A stretch of DNA of 47,199 bases, counting the filler, from Catajapyx aquilonaris (Eukaryota), in assembly GCA_000934665.2 (NCBI GenBank). It is 2 parts of 2 records of this genome, joined end to end, with 100 filler letters (N's around TTAATTAATTAA, not from the genome) between each part and the next. Parts side by side here need not be neighbours in the genome. Positions count along the whole stretch, not along the records: positions 23,661 to 47,199 come from JYFJ02005664.1; 1 more part is not named here. One strand, given 5' to 3'. The translations under genes and the position numbers were made by a program. The notes below the pieces were generated by a model, which worked only from the letters and a program-made list of their open reading frames with translations, ran no database searches and was not told the DNA's origin. This document shows, one piece after another, positions 36,401 to 47,199 of this stretch (position 1 is its first letter; each line of letters starts with the position of its first letter).

Positions 36401-36730
36401 AAGGGGGAGACAGAGTGGCGCCGCGGTAACGTCCGCGTCCACGGATGTTAAGGTCCCGGGTTCGATCCCAGCCCGGGGGACCCCCCCCTCATCTTGTGCA
36501 GAGTTCAGGGTCACCTCTGGCTTCGTCTCGGGTGGTATTTCCTACAGACTAAACCACCCGGGGGAGTTCACTAAAAATGGCCACCCCGTCAGATGCACTG
36601 CACTTTGCACATCCCCTCCTGTCATCCTGCCCGTGGGCCCGGGCGCTTCAAAAATAGGATTCCCAAAATTGTATACCATCGCAATAAAGGTCTGGCAGAA
36701 GACCCCTCCGGGGTTAGCCGAATACCCAAT
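36401..36730 (+). mobile_element. tRNA-derived SINE (family A head and body, different 3' tail)
   Basis: Near-identical to the reverse complement of 16565-16809; exact 12-bp TSD CATTGTAAGTGT at 36389-36400 and 36731-36742. Confidence 0.88.
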
Positions 36731-37484
36731 CATTGTAAGTGTGATAGTGACAGTTATTTTCAAGTTATGAACACATTTCGTTGCTGGATATAAAGGTAGG
36801 CTTCCTTATAGAGTTAGGAGATTAAAAAATTTCAAACTTCTCTAACTCGAATCTTCTACAACTCGAAGTTCTTTCCCGGTCCCATGGAGATTCGACTTAT
36901 AGAAGTATTACTATAGCTCCCATGGGTATTGCAAAAAAAGTGGGACGAAAATTCCATCCACTGGTTCGAGTAATATTAAATAAAACAAACCCAGTTTTTG
37001 CACACTTACACCAGAAATTGAGAAATGTGGATTTAAAAGTTAATTTCTTCAAACTTAAACTCACAAAAAGCATCAGTAGCATTTTAAAAATCAATTTAAT
37101 TTCTTTTACAAAAATGCTAGAAGATGAGCAATCATTTACGTTACAAATTGTCATCTAAAATTGATATGGAGTTAATGTCTGTGAATTTTAGATCTCAAAA
37201 TTTTGACCATTTCCTGATGCTGCCAAAAAATGCGCACAAAAAATCTGCAATGCTCCTGATCCTATCTGTGGCATATGAAGTTGTAAGAAAAATTAAATTT
37301 ACATTTCTCATTTGGGGATCGAATTAGGCATTAACTGAGCTGCATTATTATAGAAACACATTAATCAAACCCTCAATGAAAGGCATGAAGATTGCACATG
37401 ACAACAATCCAACAACTGTGCTTGGTCCTTCCCCCTGAACTATGCAATAACTGACATATGCAAATTCTAAGTCTGGTTGAACCT

Positions 37485-37660
37485 GGTTGAACGGCTTTTT
37501 AGCCATGCAGGTTGCACTGAAAAAGGCGCTCTCATGCTATACAGGTAGGGTACTGAACAAAGTAGTGTACTACTGTACAGTAGTGTGTACAGTTCCCTGT
37601 CGGTATAGCAGGAGAGCGCCTTTTTCAGTGCAACCCGCAAGGCTAAAAAGCAGTTCAACC
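37485..37660. mobile_element. Short foldback/MITE-like palindrome
   Basis: GGTTGAACGGCTTTTTAGCC..GTTGCACTGAAAAAGGCGCTCTC and its reverse complement. Confidence 0.75.
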
Positions 37661-38390
37661 CATGCTGCAAGTGCCAGTCGGTGGCAGTTTATTGATTACT
37701 AGTGTTTCTAAGTGTTTTATAAAACCGACCAGGGTTGTCGCCACCTACGATTTTTCCCCACCCCCTCGCGCGCGCTTGACCCGTGACTCTGAAACACCCT
37801 GTATTGTCCACTTACAATAATTTTAATAACATTTAAAATGCAACAATTCCTCATTGTCATACTCCAATCGAGGTACTGCCGCATCGATCAAATAGCTTTG
37901 ACTATATGAAATGCTGCATGTACCCCTCGAAAACTGGGCACACACTATTGTAATTAAAATTATGATCATGTCAATAGCACATTTACAGCTTCAAATGCAA
38001 AAAATATTGCAGCCATGACATTCAAGCCCCGGTTTTCGCTACCTTGAGACAGCTATTTAAAAACTGAGTTTCACTTTTTCATCTAATATTATGAGGAACT
38101 CCCAATAAAAACATGGTAGTGCACTACAAAATCAATACTACTAACTACAGGGGGAAAAAATCCAGCCTAGAGTTGAAGCAACATTGCATAAAATTGTGGG
38201 CTCATAACACAACCTCACAATATGGCAACAGTGGATGACAATTTCAAACATATGCAGCCCTACACCTGGCACTATTGACATCACAGAAGTTAAACTCGGC
38301 CCAAACTCGTTGTATCCCATTGTAGTAACTATCACAGTAATCCATCACATAGCGTAGTGCTACTAGTACATAACAGGCATTTCTTTTATA

Positions 38391-38919
38391 CAGGGTGTAA
38401 ATGAATTCAGCCGACAAACTTGTAGGGGTAATAGAGGGGACCAAGACAAACATATTTGACATAGGAACCCGTGTCCAGAAACGCCATCTAGAGGGGGTTC
38501 ATAGACAAGGAATGGGTGCGCTCAGACCCCGTCAGGCGAGAGGCGCTAACGAGCGGACCATTTAGTTGCTAGGTGGCGTGTGGATTGTACACAACTTTGC
38601 AATTCGCCATAACTTGGCAACAACAGAGTTGTTGTTTATTATCTGCGCGCTACCTAGCATGCTGATTTTAGTTGTTAGGTGGCTCTGTTGTTGCCAGGTT
38701 ATTGCGAAATGCAAAGTTGTGTACAATCCGCCCGCCACCTAGCAACTAAACGGCCTGCTCGCTAACGCCGCTAGCCTGACGCGTCTGAGCGCACCTGTTC
38801 CTTGTCTATGAACCCCCTCTAGATGGCGTTTCCGAACACGGTTTCCTATGTCAAATATGTTTGTCTTGGTCCCCTCTACTACCCCTACAAGTTTGTCGGC
38901 TGAATTCATTTACACCCTG
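38391..38919. mobile_element. Foldback MITE, Tc1/mariner type
   Basis: TA-CAGGGTGTAAATGAATTCAGCC...GGCTGAATTCATTTACACCCTG-TA with ~240-bp arms. Confidence 0.9.
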
Positions 38920-39574
38920 TATTCTTTCAGTGAACTATTATTTGTCTCCCTTTGTCATTTTTCAAGTTAAGCATATTTTGTCTCTCATGAATGCTATTAT
39001 TGTCTTGTACATATTTCTCTAATGGCGAACAACCAGTAAAGGACAATTATATAATAGCACAATTATTTACCTGATCACAAAAACTCTCGTTTCATCAGAG
39101 CTCTGGCGGGTTGTAACAATCATCCTCCCCAGATGAAGGTCAGCTTGCAGAAGTTTCAGGAAGTACTGCTTGCCCCAAGCACCTTGTGGCATGTGGAACT
39201 AGTTGCGGTAACCTGTAAACAATTCCAGCATTAGATTTCAACTGTCACTCCCAGGACATGTTTTGTACATTACAAAATTTAAACACTAATTCCCCAGATT
39301 AGTAAAAAATTCTGCATCCAGGAATCCGGTTCACCTCCCACTTTGAAATTTTCTTTGTGCCAAGTGGCATCTGCGGAAGAGTCAAAACCACACCTCTCAA
39401 CCTAACTTGTCCAAACGTGCAAATCACTACTGCTCGCACTCCACTCCCTAAACAACTAATCCAATCTGCACACCATTCAGTTTGTCAACAACTCTCCACA
39501 CCCCTTATCCATACTCCCCATGCAAGGAGCAATACTCATAAACCAACAATGGATGCACCGCCCTCAAAATTGTA

Positions 39575-41345
39575 CAGTGCTGGACACATTAGCCATCTCT
39601 GAATGTTTTTTTCCCCGTCGGCGACGGCGCGCGTTACCTGGCAACCGCAGCCAGCGGGCCAATTCAAACATCAGCATGATTATGGAGAGTGCTTATAGTG
39701 TCCTTTTCATTGTTGCACTGTTTACAAATCGAGTGAGTGACGCGGACGACCCAGCGACGTGCCTCTGCCTGCTTACACATCAGTAGCAAGGGATATGCAG
39801 GGAAAAACGGGAAAATAATGATGTTAGAAGCAAGTCATTTTGGGGAAGTGTTCCCTGCTGGACTCAAATAAAGGTTATCGTCCACAGCGTATATTCCATC
39901 CCCGAGGAGGGGGTGACAATTGAGATCAGGGGCGTGCTAATTGAAAGTGCGTCAACTGACGGATTCTTTCGGTTTTTGTGTCTGTTCCGCGTAATTCGAC
40001 CACTGCTAAGACGAATGGAGACCATGTCCCGTCTGTCTCGTAATTTTTCCCCGTAAGACGTCATATTTCAAAATGGCCTCCCCATATATACGAGTAAGTG
40101 TCATTTGTGTCATATTCGCAATCGCGCCAGGAAGAGGAACAGGACTACTATCGGATTTTTTAAATACTGGCCCCTGCGTTTGACTCTAAATAACTCCAAG
40201 GAAAATGGTCCAAAAAAAATAACGTTATACATCATTAGAAAGCTTGTTTCAATCTACGTTAACATATGTGAGAGTCATTACCTATCTTCATTGTGTAATT
40301 TTTATCGCAAGAAGAACACGGAAAAGTGTCATTTTCTGACTGGTTGCCGAAGTTACACTGCAAAATGAATTTTTATGACACTTCTCGGAGGCCGAAAATT
40401 CCCCCTGAGAACTCTGGATAGTGCAAATCTTTGTCTCTCTAATGATATATTTGAAACTCAGAAATCGCCATTTGTGTAATCATAATTAAGTTAATTGCAC
40501 ACCTCAATTATCTCGGATGTTTATAATCCTAATTACTTTGCGAATGTATGGACGGCAATCCAGAAATGTGCGTGATAAAATTTCACTGTGCTCTATTGCA
40601 CTGAAAATTTTAAAAGTATTGTTTTAGTAGGTTTAATAGACAAGTACCAAGCCCGCTTTCTGTTGGCGGGAATGGACGCCGATACTTTTAAATACTTTTA
40701 ATTTTTAAGTGTAATAGAGCACGATGTATTTTTATCACGCACATTTCTGGCCAGTATTTAAAAAATCCGATAGTAGTCCTCTTCCTCTTCCTGGCGCGAA
40801 TGTGACACGAATCACACGTACTCGTATATATGGGGAGGCCATTTTGAAACATGACGTTTTACAGGGACAAATTACGAGACAGACTCGGTGTCTGACATAC
40901 GGGATATGGTCTCCATTCCTCTTAGCGGTGGTCGAATTACGCAGAAAAGACACAAAAACCGAAAGAATCAGTCAGTTGACGCACTTTCAATTAGCACGCC
41001 CCTGATCTTAATTGACACCCCCACCTCAGGGATGGAATATATGCTGTGGACGATAACTTTTAATCGAGTCCAGCAGGGAACATTCCCCCAAAATGACTTG
41101 CTTATTTTCCCGTTTTTCCCTGCATATCCCGTGCTACTGATGTGTAAGCAGGCAGAGGCACGTCGCTGGGTCGTCCGCGTCACTCGCTCAATTTGTAAAC
41201 AGTGCAACAATGAAAAGGCCACTATAAGCACTCTCCATATGCTGGGTGTTTGAACTGGCCCGCCGGCAGTGGTAGCCAGGTAATGCGCGCAGTCACCAAC
41301 GAAAAAAAATAATTTGGTGACGGCTATTAAATATGTCCAGCACTT
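39575..41345. mobile_element. Large non-autonomous Tc1-like foldback element with ~590-bp inverted arms
   Basis: Arms ~39575-40172 and ~40749-41345; starts TA-CAGTGCTGGACA, ends TGTCCAGCACT; non-coding AT-rich spacer. Confidence 0.85.
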
Positions 41346-43473
41346 GACTGACATACCTCACTTTATGATGCTTTGCCACAAGTATGTTTTACATTGTATT
41401 CAGTCTAATTGTTTTTGTCGCTTGACTTTTGTATAGCAAGGGCACATCAGCCGAGTCCGACTCAAATCGAGTGAGTAAACCTCCTTCTTTAAAAAAATGG
41501 GTTATGGTTAATTTTACATGGTGGTAGGCCTAGTGCCACTCTGCACTCAACATGCGCATATTTCAAGGTGCTCATATGCACCCGCACGTGATAAAAGGTC
41601 TGCAGTACTGCCGCATCCGCTTGGCTTCCCCTGCGCTTTCTTCGCGCAGTACACAACCAATGCTAATGAGCGCAAACCGGTGCAAATGCCTTTCTATAAA
41701 GTGCGGCTTGGTCTGTGGAACTGAGCAGACTACCCTACCAACGAAGAAGCCCCCGAAAAAACCCCTAAAAATGAACCAAAAAAGCAATGGAATGTTCCAG
41801 AGGTGGGTGGCGTGGCGTCACCAGCACCCAACCTTTCCCTGGACTAGTGACCCCCAAACCCCGGGTGCTTGGCCCCCACCCTGTGCGTACCCCCCTGACT
41901 CACCTCTGTTCCATGATGGAGGGGGTCTGCCCAGCGTTGGCCCAGGGGCAGAGCAGCGGGCAGAGCTGCAGTGCAGAACCGGCTTGGCTGGCGGGGGGAG
42001 ACGGAATGAGAGGGACTGAGGGAGCAGGGGGTGGGAGTGGGAAGGGTAAGGGGACGGTTGGAATTAAGTGACGCCGCCATTTTTAGTCCAACCAGGCCAA
42101 GCACGACGCTCAGTATTTCCAGGCCTTCCAGTTCGCCTCAGAATGTTGCGGCTTGTTCCGTCGCCTGTCTCCCGGTGCCTGCCCCTGGTCCTGCCGGCCC
42201 CTCCTCCGCCCCTGGGTCACCCGCCGTGTCTGCAGCCCCCAGCTGGAGCATTGGAGAAGCCCATGTGAGCATCAAGGGCCATGAATTTAGAAGGGGGGGA
42301 GTAGCCTCGTATGGTTGAGTTTGGCCTGGCACAATGTAGGTACAAAAATTCCGGATGGTATCAATAACCCGATCACAACTTCCGACATCCGGCAAAAGCA
42401 AAGTCAACAGGCCCTGCCTAGACTTGAACAGGATATAACGCGAGCTCCAAAAAAATATCAAGCTATATGTGTCAGTTACAAATCCAAAGGAATGAAAGTT
42501 TTATAATTAATGCCATAAATTACAATTGAATTTTCCCTGGCAGTCTAGCAGACTCGCCTTGTAGTTATGCCATGCACCTATAGTCCTTGATAGGTCCTCC
42601 CGGGGTGGATCGTTTAGAGGTCTCGTTCAAATTCCTAAGCCAGGCGTATATTAGGTCTATTTTTTACTTGGTCTCCACTAAGTGACGGGTGATGATCTCG
42701 TTGCCAACCTCTTCTTTGATTGTCAGTGCTCCTAGCTCGGCCATCCGAACCCTCACTGTCGCCAGTTCCTCGAGGTTACCCTGCATCACTGACCCACACC
42801 CACTCACTGTATGCGTATAACAAAATGTGTGCTGTGAGCAGGAAAACATGTGCTAGTCCAAAAATATGCTGATATTAACTGAATGGCCTCAATTTATATA
42901 TCAGGTTGGGAGGCCCATACCATGGCCCATTCAACCCCAGTAGTTCAACGACAACAAAAACTCGCCACTAATGCATTCATTTGACTGCTAAATTGGCATA
43001 CATGATAGCTAGTGTTTGTAGCAGTTAATTTAATGGCTATATCATCAAATGTATAGGCCATGCAATATCGGGTAGTGTCTTTCAGTGGCTGTAAAATAAC
43101 AGGGTGGCCATTTCCAAATCTTCAGAAAGAAGGACACAGCTGGCAGGTATATCGTGTATGCTTTATACAGTACAACACATTGCGTGACCCCTGACCTCCG
43201 GCCACACCCTGACTAGCTCAGTAACGCAGGTTCAGCTGGAGAAAATATGTCAGGCTAGACTGGGAGAAAAGGGTGAAAGAAGTGGTGGGGAGAACTGTAA
43301 AAGTGGGGAAAATGATGGTTTCTGATAACATACTGTATAATGAACATGCCTGTTTTACTTACCCAACTGAAACACACAAATGACCACATAATTTTACTTA
43401 ACACACTAATAAAGCTTAAAAAATGTAACCTGAATCAAACATTTAATGGTGATTGTTGAATTGTATAAATTGG

Positions 43474-43775
43474 GACCGAAGCAGGTTGGCATAGTGGATA
43501 AGGCGTCCGACTGCTAATCGGAAGGTCCTGGGTTCGAATCCCGGTGCCGGCAACTCTAACCGTGGTTTTCTGTGGTTTCCCACGGTTTCTCCAGGAGAAT
43601 TCCGGAGTTGTTTCCTAATAAACAGGCCACAGCCGCCCCCTTCCTTTCCTATCCTCTCCCAAAGAGCAATAAGTAAAAATGCAAGCAAAGAGTTCCAGAC
43701 AAAACAAAAATTCCCCCCTAAAGAGCCGCCGGCTGATAACGGGGTATGAATTATTATTAATTATTAATTATTATT
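43474..43775 (+). mobile_element. tRNA-derived SINE (family C)
   Basis: A box TGGCATAGTGG, anticodon-like arm TCCGA-CTGCTAA-TCGGA, B box GGTTCGAATCCC, ATT-rich tail, exact 15-bp TSD AATTGTATAAATTGG at 43459-43473 and 43776-43790. Confidence 0.9.
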
Positions 43776-43814
43776 AATTGTATAAATTGGCGTAGAAAAT
43801 ATACAACGATTGTA

Positions 43815-44062
43815 CGAGGGGGAATCAAATGAAAACGATAATTATTTTTTTACAATTGTTCTACTATAATGATTGTGACAACTACACTATTTTTCCACAT
43901 AGTCCCCTTGGCGTTCAATGCAAGTGCGCCACCTGGTAGGAAGCACCTCCATACCGCGGGGGAAAAAATTCTTTCGATTGAGCTCGTAGCCAGTTGTGCA
44001 CCGCCGCTTCTACTTCATCATTGGAGTGAAACTTATTTCCTCCTAGGTCTGCTTTCAGTTTC
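43815..44062 (-). mobile_element. mariner transposon 3' end remnant
   Basis: LGGNKFHSNDEVEAAVHNWL...RGMEVLPTRWRTCIERQGDYVEK*, then a TIR ending CCCCTCG-TA. Confidence 0.88.
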
Positions 44063-44309
44063 ACTGGGCGTCACTTAGTCGTTTTTGTTTGGCGGCTGAC
44101 AAGTTTCTCCCCTTGATCCATGATTGATGTCGTCGGCCGTGATTGGAGTTGGCGGGAGAGCATTGGAGGGTTGAGGACATTTGTTGGAACATTAGTTGTT
44201 GGGGGGGGCGAGGGGTTGTATGTCTTTTGCAGTTGAGGGGCGGTTGTGGGGCCTGAGAGGGTTCTCTTTTCTTTATTTTGTGTAAGTAGTTAATTTTGCA
44301 GGCTGCGGG

Positions 44310-45815
44310 TCACTCATAAATTATGAAGTCAGCATGGCGGTGGTGCTTGACTGCCCTTCCTCGCCTTGTCTTAACCGGGTCTTCTTTTTCATTAGGGCTC
44401 GGGACATTTGGGATCTTCCTCTTTCTTAATTTCTGGCTCTGGAGTGCCTTGATAGAATAGAGGCTATCTCGGAGCCCTTCGCCTCCAGAGACATTCACTC
44501 CCGCCAGCTCGCAGCGGGCTCGCCAAAGTTCATTAATTCTGGCATGCATTACTGGCAAATGGGCAGTTGTGAAGTCATGCTGGAGATGCAGCTTGTCGAC
44601 AATTTTGGAAAACTGCAACTCCACGACCTTCGATGACCACGTCGTGGAGGTCACAACCTGAAGAAACAAATGGTATCGTTAATAAATTATGTCGTGTAGT
44701 ACGCATCAAAAGATTTGGAATACCCCCCCCCTATAACGGGTGATTATTCACCCCGACATTTTGACTCTCCTACGTTTGGACTTGTAACTGGCTAAAGTAC
44801 CTGGGCCACTTGATTCATTCACGCCACTGATCAATACCGGTATGCGACAAGGCGGTACTATATTAGGAGCCAATAATAATGCATTACGGTACCTTAATTA
44901 AATCTGTGGAGTATTTTTGAACTCCCTCCTCGTTTAGCTCCTTCTCCACGATGCTTAGCACCACTTTCAGCAAGGGCGTAAGGGCAGGCTTCGGAAACGT
45001 CATATTTCCTCTGTCCCGGGTCTTCAAAACTCCCGGGCAGAAACCTGTCCTTCTCCTCTTGTGTCATAGTCACGCGCTTGATAAGGCGGACCATTGCCTC
45101 CGCAAGTCCCCGTTGTGCTGGCGTGGATTGATGACGACTAAATTGCCTCCGGTACAATCTCATCATCTGCCCCAGAGATCCTGTTACATAAAGTACAGTA
45201 CATATGGGATTAAAACTTTATTTATATCTACCAGGAGTGAATACTTAGCTCCACTTAGCACTAGTCGAGCACGTTTCTCCTCGTAACAGTCCTCAGAAGC
45301 GGGAGGGGTTATCAGCGGGGTGGTATCATCTGCAAGAACACCGGCCGGGGCTTTCACATACTGCCGGGAGAACACCAGGAACACTTCCCTGGCATAAGTG
45401 TGGAAAAGAGCATTCACATCGGAGCCAGCAGCACTGATGTCGAATAATTCTGTTGCTGTCTGCCAGAAATCTGCGAGGCCGTCCTGGCCCCAGTACCCCA
45501 GTTCCCCAACGACGAGGTACAAGCTTCTTCTTTGTGAAGCACTTCTAGCCTCCGGTACATTTGCATAAGCAGCTTCTTCGATTCTGCATGATTGCAAAAG
45601 TGAATATGAAGCTCCTTCTGCTTGTCACTCCCATCTACATGCTTCACGCTTTTCAAGGCTGTGGTAACTTGACTGAACTACTCTGCTACATCAGGAGTGG
45701 CTGCATCCATGTCGACTACAAGCTTCAGACACTACACCAGTACACTGGCACTTCCCAACTCCGCCAGTACGACACTGAGCTGCGTTACATGGCTTCAATA
45801 CAAGTCCCCGTCAGC
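44310..45815 (-). pseudogene. Decayed coding sequence of unknown family, possibly intron-containing
   Basis: Several consecutive coding-looking minus-strand blocks (45815-45500 with in-frame stops, 45500-45230, 45180-44894, 44658-44310) separated by AT-rich gaps with AG acceptors. Confidence 0.4.
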
Positions 45816-46072
45816 CATTCTCACCCTCCCACTGCTGATCCCCACCCACCATGCACCCACCCACTTCGAAAACCTGTTAGTTGGGAAATTTTGGGTTGGA
45901 AGAAAAAAGGGGGGTGGTTCTATTTCAGATCAGCCAGTGAGTGAAAAAAGGTGTCAGGTCATAGTCATCAATTTTTTTGAAAAAAATATGTGAAACCCAC
46001 ATCAAATTGAACTGTTATGGAGCAATAAGTTTTACCAGATTAAATTTAGTTATCGAGATATTAATATTTCTT

Positions 46073-46858
46073 TTAAGGGCTACCAAAATCACAATTACGC
46101 GAAGACGCACTTTTTCCAGCCACGACTGGATCTCCAGACTTACGACCTGGGCGGATGGAGGGGTAATACTTCAAATTACCATAGTCATTGAAATAGGACC
46201 ATTCAAGGTATTCCACATGATACGGATTTTTCTTACGGGCAGCAGCACACTCATCTGCATACATAGCTGGCGTGTAAATGGCCTTGTTACGACACTGCCT
46301 TTCTATTGCACTATGCATAGAGTCGCACTCCATTTGAGTGCGACCCTTCACAAGATATTTCTGGGTAATAGTAACCCCATGCATCATGGCAGTTTGCAGC
46401 AACGCGTTGCTAAGTGTGCAGTTGCGATTTTGAAAATTGCATCCATCGCTGTACAGAATTATGGCATCTCCCAAGTTGGTGTGATCAACGATGAACTTGC
46501 ACAATATTGTAGCGAATTCGTTGGCAGTGATGTGCCCTTCACCCTCGTGCCAAAGATAACAATACCCCTCCCTTGTTTTCAGGTCATACATGGTAAAGTT
46601 ATGCACGATCAACTTCATTTTGTAGTACAACGCAGAGGCATTCAGTTTAGGTGAGAGTAACACCGACTGCATATCTACAGTGAACACCTTCACTTTGGTG
46701 TCTTCAATGTTTTTGTCACTCTCTTTCTGTGCACATGCTTCTTCTTTCAGCTTAATATGAACCCTGTACTCCTCTTCACCGATGTTCCCTGCTTCATGGG
46801 CGACGCAAGTATCGCATTGATCTTTCCTGTCACAGAAGGATACAGAAATATTAATTAT
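46073..46858 (-). pseudogene. Transposase catalytic-core fragment (Sola1-like DDD)
   Basis: RKDQCDTC, VDMQSVLLSP, LYYKMKL..HNFT, CYLWHEGEG..ANE, YSDGC.FQNRN, KGRTQMECDSMHSAIE; both ends truncated. Confidence 0.8.
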
Positions 46859-47072
46859 GATCTAGTAAGTGAGAAGCATTAAAGGGACACTCCACTCAAA
46901 ATACAAGTTGGATTCTAAAAATCGGGCAAAAAATACTGATTTCGAGGGTATAAGCAGTTTTCCTGAGAGACGAACGGTAAGGCCAGGACGAGCCGTCAAA
47001 GTTCGGACATTCGAATCTGGCGCAAAAGAGCAGCGCCTCTTCCGGGTATGGGCAGAAATAGTCGGAAATATT

Positions 47073-47116
47073 CAGGGTCCCCTACATGGTTGCCGGCACT
47101 CGTGGAGGTTACCCTG
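47073..47116. mobile_element. 44-bp element made of only the two ends of the hAT MITE at 11059-11285
   Basis: CAGGGTCCCCTACATGGTTGCC + GGCACTCGTGGAGGTTACCCTG match the reverse complements of the right and left ends of that MITE. Confidence 0.6.
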
Positions 47117-47199
47117 ATCTTTGGTGTGGTATATTTTTCAAAGATGGCGGAATCCGACAGTCCACGTGCAGGTCCGAGTCACCTTTATCTTGACGGTAC

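Noticed and set aside
41518..42506. Cluster of overlapping GC-rich ORFs
   Set aside because: Low-complexity Pro/Gly/Ala translations with no recognisable motif or consistent splice structure
43478..43552. tRNA-Ser(GCT) gene
   Set aside because: Poor acceptor stem and no long variable arm; it continues into a SINE body with a tail and a 15-bp TSD
45977..46654. 225-aa plus-strand ORF
   Set aside because: Antisense shadow of the transposase on the minus strand

Overview
Eukaryotic, most likely arthropod, genomic DNA with an artificial 100-bp scaffold gap at 23561-23660. The left part holds one apparently intact 13-exon secreted heme peroxidase gene on the minus strand (chorion peroxidase/peroxinectin-like, 664-12263, about 846 aa by my manual splicing), with introns and flanks full of MITEs, tRNA-derived SINEs and microsatellites. 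Right of the gap is a ~10 kb mosaic (24.4-34.6 kb) of short, abutting, mostly plus-oriented fragments of unrelated transposons: Tc1/IS630-like, Sola-like, several hAT, Helitron and CACTA-like. The most notable feature lies inside this mosaic. A near-complete phenuivirus-like (negative-strand RNA virus) nucleocapsid gene, plus an overlapping upstream orphan ORF, sits in place of the pol region of an env-bearing Ty3/gypsy retroelement (gag zinc knuckle, protease start | viral block | F-type env). The whole 2.3-kb chimera is bracketed by an ~880-bp direct repeat that is not an LTR. The remainder is MITEs, SINEs, a large foldback element and mariner and Sola-like transposase remnants. Family assignments come from motif recognition by eye, with no database searches.
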